A DNA stretch of 64,000 nucleotides from Candidatus Latescibacterota bacterium (GTDB taxonomy: Bacteria; Latescibacterota; UBA2968; UBA8231). This document shows, piece by piece, positions 19,867 to 28,974 of the stretch (positions are counted from its first letter, which is position 1; each line of letters opens with the position of its first letter). The stretch spans positions 96,001 to 160,000 of the forward strand of contig CBDETY010000003.1 of assembly GCA_965243025.1 (NCBI GenBank), written 5' to 3'. The position numbers and the translations under genes were made by a program. Below the pieces are notes generated by a model. The model searched no databases. It saw nothing but the letters and a program-made list of their open reading frames with translations, and was not told the DNA's origin.

Positions 19867-20751
19867 TTACTCCCGGCTGGAGACGAAACAGAGGCTCTCG
19901 CCGTCAGGCGACCAGGCCGGCTTCCAGTCTCCGTCATGCCCCGACGTCAACCGGGCGATACCGGTTCCATCCGCGGCCATGCGATATATGGAGGTCACCC
20001 CGTCCCGGTTGGAAACGAAGGCGATCTCTTTGCCGTCGCTGGACCACGTCGGCTGCCGGTCCAGGGCAGGGTGATCGGTGAGGTTGACGACCTGGCCGCT
20101 GGCCACCTCGAGGATGCAGATCTCGAAATTGCCGAACCGGTTGCTCTCGAAGACAATCAGGCTGCCGTCCGGGGACCAGGACGAGTGAGCGTCGAACCCC
20201 TCATTCAAAGTCAGGTTCCGCAGGTTCCGGCCGTGGTGGTCGGCGACATACAGCTCGAGATTGCCGTCGCGGTGGGTGGTGAAAGCGAGGTGTTGTCCAT
20301 CAGGCGAGAAGGCCGGCTGGATGGCGTCCGCCAGGATCGGTTCCAAAGCGGAGTCTCCGGCACGGAGCTTCATGACGTAGATGTCGTAGGACTCCGGCTC
20401 CTCTGTTTTTCCGGCGAAGGCGATCCGGGTGCCGTCGGGAAACCAGGAAACCCCTCCCACGCTGGTTATCCGCGGCGGTACCGGCATTCTCAGGAGTACC
20501 TCCCCGGCCCGGGAGGCGAGGTGGAACTCGTTCCCGTTTTCGGTGTGCGCGACGTACAAGAGCCGGCCGTCCGGGCCCCAACTCGGGGTGGACCGGCCCT
20601 CCGTCGGAGACAGGCGCTCGATGGAGGTTCCGTCCCGACCCATGCGAAAAACGCTCTCGACCTGAGTATGTGCGGCTTCTGGATTGGACCACTGCCAGAG
20701 GAGCGAAAAAAAGGACAGGCCAATCGTCAGTTTGCAAGGCATTTCAGTCAT
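19867..20751 (-). CDS. TolB-like PD40 beta-propeller protein
   Basis: Repeated P(S/A)WSPDG..I(A/V)F.S.RDG motifs; signal peptide. Confidence 0.85.
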   Translation of the reverse strand: MTEMPCKLTIGLSFFSLLWQWSNPEAAHTQVESVFRMGRDGTSIERLSPTEGRSTPSWGPDGRLLYVAHTENGNEFHLASRAGEVLLRMPVPPRITSVGGVSWFPDGTRIAFAGKTEEPESYDIYVMKLRAGDSALEPILADAIQPAFSPDGQHLAFTTHRDGNLELYVADHHGRNLRNLTLNEGFDAHSSWSPDGSLIVFESNRFGNFEICILEVASGQVVNLTDHPALDRQPTWSSDGKEIAFVSNRDGVTSIYRMAADGTGIARLTSGHDGDWKPAWSPDGESLCFVSSRE

Positions 20752-20839
20752 AGGTCAGTCCCCTGAAGTGTGATTACGGAAGGGGGGGCGGTCGAGTTTG
20801 GGTAACCCGTCGAAGGCTCGATGGGGGGCATGACTTTGG

Positions 20840-21805
20840 TTACTCCATCTCCAGGGAGGCCTTGATCCGCCCCCAGGAAACCGACTCGACTGCGCTGTCT
20901 TCTCCCGGTTCGGCCGCGCCGGCCGGCAGCAGCAGCCCATCGAGGAAGTGCTCCGCCCGGTAACGGTACAGGATGTCTATTTCCGGGTCCTCACTCTGGA
21001 CTGCTTCAGGCCCCAAGAACCAACTGCCTTTGTCTTCGCTTTCCCCCACGAGGATCGCAAAGCCTATGACCTTTCCTGCCGTCAGATCGCTGACCACGAC
21101 GTCTTCAGGCCGACTGTCGCGTCCCTGCCAACTATCGTATGGAGTGAAGTACAGCTCGATTACCCTGATGGTCGGGTTTTCCCCGGCGACGCCACCGCCT
21201 GCGTCTGCGTAGGGAGGAAAGAACATCCAGGAATCCTCCGTGGTAACTACTGTGTACCCGCCACTCAAGCCGGACGTATGATAGCCATACAACGCAGTGC
21301 GGCCACTGGCAGTACGGGCAATTGCCCCGTATTGTTGCGATTCCCCCCAAAAATCCCACGTTTCGAAGGATTCCAAACGATTCCCACCGCCGCTGTGATC
21401 TCCGTCGATAGCCAGGATAAGATCATGATTATTATCATCCAGAATGTGCACGTCATCGCTGGCCGAGAAGGCCACATAGAGCCGATCCGGCTCATCGTGC
21501 CAGGCCAGCCAAATGCGGAAGTCCAGGTCAGATGGATCAGGTACCTCACCGAAGGCTCTGAAATCGACCAGGGACATGGTGGGTTCGCCGATCAGATCGA
21601 ACCACTCCTCCACCGAGCCGTCGTGAAGCTGGATCCCGGCCAGCATCTCGTCGGTCAACCCGGCGAACGGGAATAGTCGATTGCCTGCGTGGGCTTCTGC
21701 CCGGGCAGACAGGCCTGCCTGGGCAAACAGGCTCGCGGACACCGCCAGCAGCAGGAGCACGCTCAGAGCAGGGGGCACTTGCTTTTTCATGCGGATGCAG
21801 GTCAT
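20840..21805 (-). CDS. Secreted CBM9/DOMON-like protein with a SWGRIKA tail (paralog 3)
   Basis: Same leader (MTCIRMKKQV..), conserved blocks and tail as its neighbours; divergent centre. Confidence 0.75.
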   Translation of the reverse strand: MTCIRMKKQVPPALSVLLLLAVSASLFAQAGLSARAEAHAGNRLFPFAGLTDEMLAGIQLHDGSVEEWFDLIGEPTMSLVDFRAFGEVPDPSDLDFRIWLAWHDEPDRLYVAFSASDDVHILDDNNHDLILAIDGDHSGGGNRLESFETWDFWGESQQYGAIARTASGRTALYGYHTSGLSGGYTVVTTEDSWMFFPPYADAGGGVAGENPTIRVIELYFTPYDSWQGRDSRPEDVVVSDLTAGKVIGFAILVGESEDKGSWFLGPEAVQSEDPEIDILYRYRAEHFLDGLLLPAGAAEPGEDSAVESVSWGRIKASLEME

Positions 21806-21857
21806 CTGTCTTTCTCCCTGTTCGCAGGTCACCATTGATGAGGAGATGGCGGTACGG

Positions 21858-22856
21858 CTACTCCATCTCCAGGGAGGCCTTGATCCGCCCCCAGGAGACC
21901 GACTCGGCCGCGGTGTCTTCCGGTCCGGCGCCGGCCGGCAGCAGGATGCCGTCGAGGAAAAAATCCGCTCGGGCATTACGTATGTCGACTTCCGTACGGA
22001 AACGAGGATCACTGGGCTGCATGGCTTCGGGGGTCCAGGACCACCCGATTGCCTCTTCTTCCTCGTCCCAGTCCTCCACCATGATCGCAAAGCCGATCAC
22101 CTGTCCCGCAGCCAGATCCGTGAACTCCGTCTCTTCGATCCCATCAAATGTCCCCCACCGGTCGTAGGGGGTGACATACAGCTCGATCACGCTGATGACC
22201 GGCGCTTCCCCGAAGACGCCCCCGCCCGCATCCCCGTACGGGGGAAACAGCTTCCAGGAGAACGCCCCCGTCCGACGTCCAACGTAGTTGTCCATGGTCG
22301 GTCCGCTGGCGGTGCGGGCGATGGCATCATATAGCTGCGCTTGCCCACTGGCTTCCATCAACTCCTCCTCTGTCGAAGTTGAGGTAGTTCCGGCGCCGCC
22401 ACCGTGATCCCCGTCGATGGTCAGAGTGATGCTGTCATGGTTCGGGATGTTCCTTCGTATGCCATACCCATCGTGGTCGTGATCGTTCCGGTACACATCA
22501 TCGCTGGCCACGAAGGCTACGTAGAAACGGTCCGGGTCGTCGTGCCAGGCCAGCCAGATGCGGAAGTCGAGGTCGGAGGGATCGGGTGGCAGGTAGTTGC
22601 TATGGGTCTGGAAATCCAGCAGGGTCATGGCCGGCTCGCCGATCAGCTCGATCCACTCGTCTATGCGGCCGTCGTGGAGCTGGATCTGTTCCAGCATTTC
22701 GTCGGTAAGCTCTGGAATGGGGTACACCCGCCCGCCGCTGTGGGCGTCTGCCCGGGCACACAGGCCTGCCTGGGCAAACAGGCTCGCCGTCACCGCCAGC
22801 AGCAGGAGTACGCTCAGCGCAGGGGGCACTTGCTTTTTCATGCGGATGCAGGTCAT
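21858..22856 (-). CDS. Secreted CBM9/DOMON-like protein with a SWGRIKA tail (paralog 2)
   Basis: 332 aa; near-identical to 22912..23910. Confidence 0.75.
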   Translation of the reverse strand: MTCIRMKKQVPPALSVLLLLAVTASLFAQAGLCARADAHSGGRVYPIPELTDEMLEQIQLHDGRIDEWIELIGEPAMTLLDFQTHSNYLPPDPSDLDFRIWLAWHDDPDRFYVAFVASDDVYRNDHDHDGYGIRRNIPNHDSITLTIDGDHGGGAGTTSTSTEEELMEASGQAQLYDAIARTASGPTMDNYVGRRTGAFSWKLFPPYGDAGGGVFGEAPVISVIELYVTPYDRWGTFDGIEETEFTDLAAGQVIGFAIMVEDWDEEEEAIGWSWTPEAMQPSDPRFRTEVDIRNARADFFLDGILLPAGAGPEDTAAESVSWGRIKASLEME

Positions 22857-22911
22857 CTGTCTTTTCTCCCTGTTCGCAGGTCGCGGTTTGGATGAGGAGA
22901 TGGCGGTACGG

Positions 22912-23910
22912 CTACTCCATCTCGAGGGAGGCCTTGATCCGGCCCCAGGAGACCGACTCGACCGCGGTGTCTTCCGGTCCGGCGCCGGCCGGCAGCAGGA
23001 TGCCGTCGAGGAAAAAATCCGCTCGGGCATTACGTATGTCGACTTCCGTACCGAAACGAGGATCACTGGGCTGCATGGCTTCGGGGGTCCAGGACCACCC
23101 GATTGCCTCTTCTTCCTCGTCCCAGTCCTCCACCATGATCGCAAAGCCGATCACCTGTCCCGCAGCCAGGTCGGTTAACTCCGTCTCTTCGATCTCATCC
23201 CACGTCCCCCACCGGTCGTAGGGGGTGACATACAGCTCGATCACGCTGATGACCGGCGCTTCCCCGAAGACGCCCCCGCCCGCATCCCCGTACGGGGGAA
23301 ACAGCTTCCAGGAGAACGCCCCCGTCCGACGTCCAACGTAGTTGTCCATGGTCGGTCCGCTGGCGGTGCGGGCGATGGCATCATATCGCTGCGCTTGCCC
23401 ACGGGCTTCCATCAACTCCTCCTCTGTCGAAGTTGAGGTAGTTCCGGCGCCGCCGCCGTGATCCCCGTCGATGGTCAGAGTGATGCTGTCATGGTTCGGG
23501 ATGTTCCTTCGTATGCCATACCCATCGTGGTCGTGATCGTTCCGGTACACATCATCGCTGGCCACGAAGGCTACGTAGAAACGGTCCGGGTCGTCGTGCC
23601 AGGCCAGCCAGATGCGGAAGTCGAGGTCGGAGGGATCGGGTGGCAGGTAGTTGCTATGGGTCTGGAAATCCAGCAGGGTCATGGCCGGCTCGCCGATCAG
23701 CTCGATCCACTCGTCTATGCGGCCGTCGTGGAGCTGGATCTGTTCCAGCATTTCGTCGGTAAGCTCTGGAATGGGGTACACCCGCCCGCCGCTGTGGGCG
23801 TCTGCCCGGGCACACAGGCCTGCCTGGGCAAACAGGCTCGCGGACACCGCCAGCAGCAGGAGTACGCTCAGCGCAGGGGACACCTGCTTTTTCATGCGGA
23901 TGCAGGTCAT
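22912..23910 (-). CDS. Secreted CBM9/DOMON-like protein with a SWGRIKA tail (paralog 1)
   Basis: 332 aa; AAGGAG RBS; signal peptide ADA-H. Confidence 0.75.
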   Translation of the reverse strand: MTCIRMKKQVSPALSVLLLLAVSASLFAQAGLCARADAHSGGRVYPIPELTDEMLEQIQLHDGRIDEWIELIGEPAMTLLDFQTHSNYLPPDPSDLDFRIWLAWHDDPDRFYVAFVASDDVYRNDHDHDGYGIRRNIPNHDSITLTIDGDHGGGAGTTSTSTEEELMEARGQAQRYDAIARTASGPTMDNYVGRRTGAFSWKLFPPYGDAGGGVFGEAPVISVIELYVTPYDRWGTWDEIEETELTDLAAGQVIGFAIMVEDWDEEEEAIGWSWTPEAMQPSDPRFGTEVDIRNARADFFLDGILLPAGAGPEDTAVESVSWGRIKASLEME

Positions 23911-23960
23911 CTGTCTTTTCTCCTTTTTGTTTCCCTCCAAACGAAATCGGCGTATGCGCG

Positions 23961-23999
23961 GTGCCCCAACGCCCCCAATGGTCAAGGGCGTTGGGGCAC
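23961..23999. other. Strong intercistronic hairpin (14-bp perfect stem)
   Basis: GTGCCCCAACGCCC-N11-GGGCGTTGGGGCAC between the peptide gene and the paralog array; no U-tract on the minus strand. Confidence 0.7.
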
Positions 24000-24034
24000 T
24001 CTTCAGCCGGGCGCAGGGTTCGGGGCCCTGCCGG

Positions 24035-24259
24035 TCAGTCGCTGCAGCTGCAGTCGCCGGTGTCGCAGTTCCAGCTGTAACTGTCGTGGTTCACGAGTGC
24101 GCACTCGTATGCGCACATGTTGGCGGTGCTCGTCGTCTGCTCGTGCGACGACTCATACCAGGACAGGGGCGGGGAGTGCGCGTCCGTCAAGGACGCACCG
24201 CCCAGCAGGAGCCCTGCCCCCAGCAGGACGGCGACGATGTACTTCGCAAGATGCGACAT
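24035..24259 (-). CDS. Small secreted Cys-rich peptide, 74 aa
   Basis: AAAGGAGG RBS; Sec signal ending TDA; CxxxC..C..CxC pattern; sigma54 promoter about 60 bp upstream. Confidence 0.75.
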   Translation of the reverse strand: MSHLAKYIVAVLLGAGLLLGGASLTDAHSPPLSWYESSHEQTTSTANMCAYECALVNHDSYSWNCDTGDCSCSD

Positions 24260-24318
24260 GCTGCCTCCTTTGTGTTCGGGGTTAGCGCCTGTCGCTACCC
24301 CGTTTCATCCAGAAGACA

Positions 24319-24334
24319 TGCAAATGCCGTGCCG
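24319..24334 (-). promoter_or_regulatory. sigma54 (-24/-12) promoter of the peptide/paralog operon
   Basis: Minus strand CGGCACGGCATTTGCA matches YGGCACG-N4-TTGCW. Confidence 0.85.
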
Positions 24335-24467
24335 GTACCGGGCCGGCGGCTCCATCGGTGCTGTCCGTGACGACGTAACCTGTTATTTTCATGGTGGTTA
24401 TTACACCACATTTTTTTATTTTCGGCACAATCAGCTCCCGCGGCGCCGCCATCGGCTTCTCGGTCTC

Positions 24468-24524
24468 GTCGTATTTAATACGATTCGGCCGTATTTAATA
24501 CGACTTGGCCGTATTTAATACGAC
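24468..24524. promoter_or_regulatory. Three tandem palindromes CGTATTTAATACG at 20-bp period; candidate enhancer (UAS) sites
   Basis: Copies at 24470, 24490 and 24510, between the sigma54 promoter and the divergent activator gene. Confidence 0.7.
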
Positions 24525-24635
24525 TTCCCCGATAGCCGCGGCCGACGGCTGGTTGCTCCTGCTTTCGTTCTTCCTTATTGGTACGGTTCTGTGGATAACA
24601 ACCCACCTTGCCCCACAAAGAAAACGGATTCGAAA

Positions 24636-27600
24636 ATGAACGAGGCACGCGAACCCCATTCCCCATCCACCCGGGTCGAGGGTGGGGGGGTGGCTTTCGA
24701 CCATATCCTCGGGCGCCAGTACACGGTCTTCGACGGGCTGGCCGGGATGCACGTGGAAGACATCTACCAAGACCGCCGGGGGCTCCTCTGGATCGCCACC
24801 GCCGACGGCGGGGTCAGCCGCTTCGACGGGGCCCGGTTCGAGACCTTCGGCCCCTCGAACGGGCTTCCCCATCTCAACGCGATGACCATTGCCGAAGACG
24901 AGGGCGGGCGCCTGTTGTTCGGCACTCTCGGGGGCGGGCTGGCCGCTTTCGACGGGCAGGGGTTTCAGGTGTACACCACCGCGGACGGACTGCCCTCCAA
25001 CGACATATTGAGCCTGCACCCCCGGGCGGACGGCTCGGTACAGGTGCTGACCGGGAACGGGATCGCCCGCTTTGTCGAGGGGCGGTGTCTGGAGCCGCTG
25101 ACGGACGTGGCCGGCCAATCCCTCGGAGCGGTGTACGACATGGCTACCGACGCGGCGGGTACGACGTGGCTGGCGTCGCGGGAGCGGGGGATCATCGACC
25201 TGGAAGGTCAGTCCATGAACGGGCATCCGGGCACCGGGGAAACAGCTATGCAATGGCCCTGGAAGTTCGCCCCGGACGCCTCCGGCGGTCTGTGGATCGC
25301 CTTCCGGTACGTGGGCAGCGAAGCCGTTGTCGGCCGTTACGACCCCGAGCGCCGGCAGCTCGACCTGATCGAGGTGGACCACGAGGTCGAGAGCGGCGAA
25401 GTGGTCCAGCACGGCACGCGGCATGTGCGCCAGGACGACAGGGGCTGGCTGTGGATGAGCCGCCGGGGGGTCCTGGTGTACGACGGGCAGGCCTGGCATT
25501 CGTTTTCCGCCCGCTTGCAGGGCACCCATTTCTCGGACACGCGGCTGACCTGCGAGGACCGCGAGGGCAACATCTGGATAGGACTGTGGGGCGGCGGGCT
25601 GCTCTTCTGCGATCCGGTCAGCGTGCAGTTGTACACGGAAGCCGACGGTTTGCCCGACAACGAGGTCCAGTGCCTGGACGAAGACGGGCGGGGTCGGCTG
25701 TGGATCGGGACCATGGGGGGCCTGGCCTGCCGGGAAGAGGACCGCATCCGTACGGTCAATGCCGGGCAAATGGTTTCGGCGCTGGCGGCAGACGGCCCCG
25801 GGCCGGTTTGGAGCGGAAGCCCGGAGGGCAAGGTATTCAAGTGGACGGGAAAAGAATCCCGAGCGATCGAGGTGGCCGAAACCGGCTCCGGGGAAGAGAT
25901 CACGGCCCTGTGCGCGGACGGCCGCGGGCATGTATGGGCCGGCACCTCCCGGGGGCGCCTGGGGCGGGTGGAAGCCGACCGGTTCAACCCGGTGGCTGAG
26001 GAGCTGCCCCATGAGTGCAGCGCCGTGCTGCCGGCCCGGGACGGTGTCTTATGGGTCGGCACCGGGGGGCCCGCCCCGGCGCTTTACCGGTACGAGGATG
26101 GCCGCTTCCAGCCGCCCTCCCTGGCCGGCCTGGAGGCCGTATCCGAAGTGACGGCCTTGTGCGAGCACCAGGGCCACCTCTGGGTGGGCACGGCCAACAG
26201 CGGCCTGTTCGCCCTGGATTTCTCCGCGCAGGAGATTCGCCGGTTTACCGTGGACCGGGGGGACTTGTCGGTAAACGGCATTCTCTGTCTGGTGGCCGAC
26301 CCGGAGCAGGACTGCCTGTGGGTCGGCACGAGCGGCGGCGGGGTGCTGAGGTACGACGGGCATGCGTTCCAGACCATCCGCCTGGGGAACGCCGGCCTGG
26401 AGAACGTGGTCGAGGCCATCCTGATCGACAGCGATGACAGCCTGTGGTTCGGGACCCGGGCGGGTCTCGTCGCGTACCACCCCGGCCAGGTGCCGCCTGC
26501 CCTGGCGATCGGGCGGGTCGAGGCCGGGCGTCTCTTCAAGGCCCCCCGGGCCGTGACCTGCAAGGAAAGCACCCGCGAGGTTCTGATCGAGTTCCAGGGC
26601 ATCAGTTTCAGAACCGGGGCGGAGCAACTGCGTTACAGCCACCGCCTGGCCGGTCATGCCCCGGCGGAAGCCTGGAGCGAATTCACCTCCGCCAATTCTG
26701 TTTCGTTTTCCGGTCTGCCGGCCGGCCGGTTCTGCTTCGAGGTGCGGACCATGGACCGGGACCGCTTGATTTCGGAAGCGGTCAGCCTGGAGGTGCAGGT
26801 GGTTGCGGAGAAGCAAAGCGCGCCCGGTTCGGCCCTGGAGCATATGCCGTGGACCTCTCGGGAGGACATGCTCAGAAACAGTCCGGTCATGTCCCGGGTC
26901 CTGAAACTGGCCGAACAGGTGGCCGGGACCGGGATGACGGTGCTGATTCTGGGGGAGACCGGGGTGGGCAAGGGGGTGCTCGCCGAACACATTCACGCCG
27001 CGAGCTCGCGCCGGGGGCATCCCTTTGTACCGGTCAACTGCGGTGGCCTGCCCCCGGGGTTGGTTGAAAGCGAACTGTTCGGGCACGAAAAGGGCGCCTT
27101 CACCAACGCGGTGGAACGGAAGAAAGGCCGGTTCGAACAGGCGCACGAGGGCACCCTGTTCCTCGATGAAATAGGCGACCTGCCCTTGGAGGCTCAAGGG
27201 GTCCTGCTTCACATCCTGGAGGATCGACACCTATTACGCGTCGGCGGGGAGACGCCCGTCCCGGTGGATTTCAGGGTGGTTGCGGCCACCAACCGGGATT
27301 TGAAAGAGGCCATCACCAAAGGGGATTTCCGGGAAGACCTGTTCCACCGCCTGAACGTGTTCCCGGTGAAAATCCCGCCTCTGCGGGATCGGGGGGAGGA
27401 AATACCGTTCCTCGCCGCCTACTTCGCGAGCCGGTTTGCCGGCGAGTTGGGGCGGCCGGTGCCGTCTCTGAGCTCCGAGGTGTTGAGGCACTTCCAGGAG
27501 TATCCCTGGCCGGGTAACGTGCGCGAGCTGGAGCACGTGATGCAGCGGGCGGTGCTCGTGTGCCGGGATCACGTCGTGCAGCTGGAGGATGGGCTTCCTG

Positions 27601-27851
27601 ATGAAGACCTGTACTGGGATGATGGGTCTGCTTCGTCGCCTGCGTCGGCTCCGCCGGTCGACCCAGGGGAAGGAACCGAAGCCGGCACGGTCTTCAAGTC
27701 CGAAGAGCAACAAATCCTGGAAGCCCTCCAGGCAACCGAAGGGGTCGTATATGGGCCGAAAGGCGCGGCTGTCTTGTTGGGCATGAATCCGGAGCGGTTG
27801 CGTTCCCGCCTGCGGGTGTACGGGTTGGAAAAACCAAAGAAACAGTCTTGA
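24636..27851 (+). CDS. sigma54-dependent activator with N-terminal two-component-regulator propeller repeats and a YYY-like domain
   Basis: DGLP.N.V....ED..G.LWIGT repeats; [29 protein letters not shown] and WPGNVREL motifs; C-terminal HTH. Confidence 0.9.
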   Translation: MNEAREPHSPSTRVEGGGVAFDHILGRQYTVFDGLAGMHVEDIYQDRRGLLWIATADGGVSRFDGARFETFGPSNGLPHLNAMTIAEDEGGRLLFGTLGGGLAAFDGQGFQVYTTADGLPSNDILSLHPRADGSVQVLTGNGIARFVEGRCLEPLTDVAGQSLGAVYDMATDAAGTTWLASRERGIIDLEGQSMNGHPGTGETAMQWPWKFAPDASGGLWIAFRYVGSEAVVGRYDPERRQLDLIEVDHEVESGEVVQHGTRHVRQDDRGWLWMSRRGVLVYDGQAWHSFSARLQGTHFSDTRLTCEDREGNIWIGLWGGGLLFCDPVSVQLYTEADGLPDNEVQCLDEDGRGRLWIGTMGGLACREEDRIRTVNAGQMVSALAADGPGPVWSGSPEGKVFKWTGKESRAIEVAETGSGEEITALCADGRGHVWAGTSRGRLGRVEADRFNPVAEELPHECSAVLPARDGVLWVGTGGPAPALYRYEDGRFQPPSLAGLEAVSEVTALCEHQGHLWVGTANSGLFALDFSAQEIRRFTVDRGDLSVNGILCLVADPEQDCLWVGTSGGGVLRYDGHAFQTIRLGNAGLENVVEAILIDSDDSLWFGTRAGLVAYHPGQVPPALAIGRVEAGRLFKAPRAVTCKESTREVLIEFQGISFRTGAEQLRYSHRLAGHAPAEAWSEFTSANSVSFSGLPAGRFCFEVRTMDRDRLISEAVSLEVQVVAEKQSAPGSALEHMPWTSREDMLRNSPVMSRVLKLAEQVAGTGMTVLILGETGVGKGVLAEHIHAASSRRGHPFVPVNCGGLPPGLVESELFGHEKGAFTNAVERKKGRFEQAHEGTLFLDEIGDLPLEAQGVLLHILEDRHLLRVGGETPVPVDFRVVAATNRDLKEAITKGDFREDLFHRLNVFPVKIPPLRDRGEEIPFLAAYFASRFAGELGRPVPSLSSEVLRHFQEYPWPGNVRELEHVMQRAVLVCRDHVVQLEDGLPDEDLYWDDGSASSPASAPPVDPGEGTEAGTVFKSEEQQILEALQATEGVVYGPKGAAVLLGMNPERLRSRLRVYGLEKPKKQS

Positions 27852-27951
27852 GCGGGGAGAAACCCGCTCTCCCTCGGTGCCTCCCGGTTCGGTTCGGGTC
27901 TGCTGTGTATTGGGTAGACGTTCAGCCCACCTTCCTCTTGGCCGCCGTAAG

Positions 27952-28974
27952 TCACACGAACAAACGGGTGATCTCGTCGACCTCGTAGCGGGGCAGCTGC
28001 TCCAGCCTGCCGCGGCGCCGCAACCGCAGGCCGGCGGACCGGTCGACGGCGCGGGCGACGACCTCGGCGCCGATCCCCGCTTCGGCCAGCGCCGCAAGGA
28101 TCGGTTCCGCCGCCTCCTGCGGGCAGCCGATCAGCAGGGCCCCGGAGGAGATCGCCCCGAACGGGTCGAGGCCGTACTCGGCGCACAGGCGCCGCGATTC
28201 GTCGCGGCAGCGCAGGCGGTCGCCGAACACTTCGAGGCCGACCCCGGAGGCTGCGGCGAGCTCCCGCAGCCCGGTGGCGACCCCCCCTTCGGTCGGGTCG
28301 TGCATGGCGTGCACCTCGGCCGCTTCTGTGGCGACCGCGGCGTCCCGCACCACGCTGATTCCGGGGTCGCGCAGGTACCCGGCGCAGCGGTCGAGGAAGG
28401 CGGCCTCGAACCCCCGTTCCTCCAGCTCCCCGCGCTTCTCCCGCGCGATGATGGCGGTGGCCTCGACCGCCATCCCCTTGGTGAGCAGCACCGCGTCTCC
28501 GGGCACCAGGCCTGAGGAGCGCACCACCTTTCCGCAGTCGACGTCCCCGAGCATCTGGCCGACGACGATGGGCCGGTCGATGCCGTGAGTGATCTCGGTG
28601 TGGCCGCCGCAGACGGCGATCCCGAGCTGCCGGGCGGCCTCGTCGATCGAGCGGAACACCGATTCGATCAGGGCCTCGGTCGCCTGCTCTTCGGGGAGGA
28701 TGACGGAGGCGAGGAAGAAGCGGGGGGTAGCTCCCATGGCGGCGACGTCGTTGGCGTTGACGTGGACGGCGTACCAGCCGGCCTCGTCGGTGGCGAAGGT
28801 GATCGGGTCGGTCTTGGCGACCACGCAGCGGTCCCCGAAGCGGATGACGGCGGCGTCCTCGCCGATTCCGGGGGGAACCAGCAGGCGCTCGTTCTCTCCG
28901 GCGGCGTAGCGGGAGAGCATGCGCCCGAGCAGCTCGGGGGGGAGCTTGCCGGCGGGGTAGCGCTCGCCGTTCAC
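27952..28974 (-). CDS. AIR synthase-related (PurM/HypE superfamily) protein
   Basis: GKLP, PGIGEDAAV, TDPITF, NANDVA, GGHTE and MHDPTEGG motifs; GTG start overlaps the cobA stop. Confidence 0.85.
   Translation of the reverse strand: MNGERYPAGKLPPELLGRMLSRYAAGENERLLVPPGIGEDAAVIRFGDRCVVAKTDPITFATDEAGWYAVHVNANDVAAMGATPRFFLASVILPEEQATEALIESVFRSIDEAARQLGIAVCGGHTEITHGIDRPIVVGQMLGDVDCGKVVRSSGLVPGDAVLLTKGMAVEATAIIAREKRGELEERGFEAAFLDRCAGYLRDPGISVVRDAAVATEAAEVHAMHDPTEGGVATGLRELAAASGVGLEVFGDRLRCRDESRRLCAEYGLDPFGAISSGALLIGCPQEAAEPILAALAEAGIGAEVVARAVDRSAGLRLRRRGRLEQLPRYEVDEITRLFV

Larger units (their letters stand above)
21837..23920. repeat. Near-identical tandem duplication, period 1054 bp
   Basis: Stops at 21858 and 22912, starts at 22856 and 23910; only scattered substitutions. 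The leader segment is also shared with 21700-21830. Confidence 0.92.

Noticed and set aside
21837-23920. Diversity-generating retroelement (TR/VR pair)
   Set aside because: No reverse transcriptase in the window; whole genes are duplicated and the differences I checked are not adenine-specific.
24468-24524. Possible CRISPR array
   Set aside because: Only three 13-bp units with 7-bp near-identical linkers, no unique spacers and no cas genes; it fits operator repeats better.
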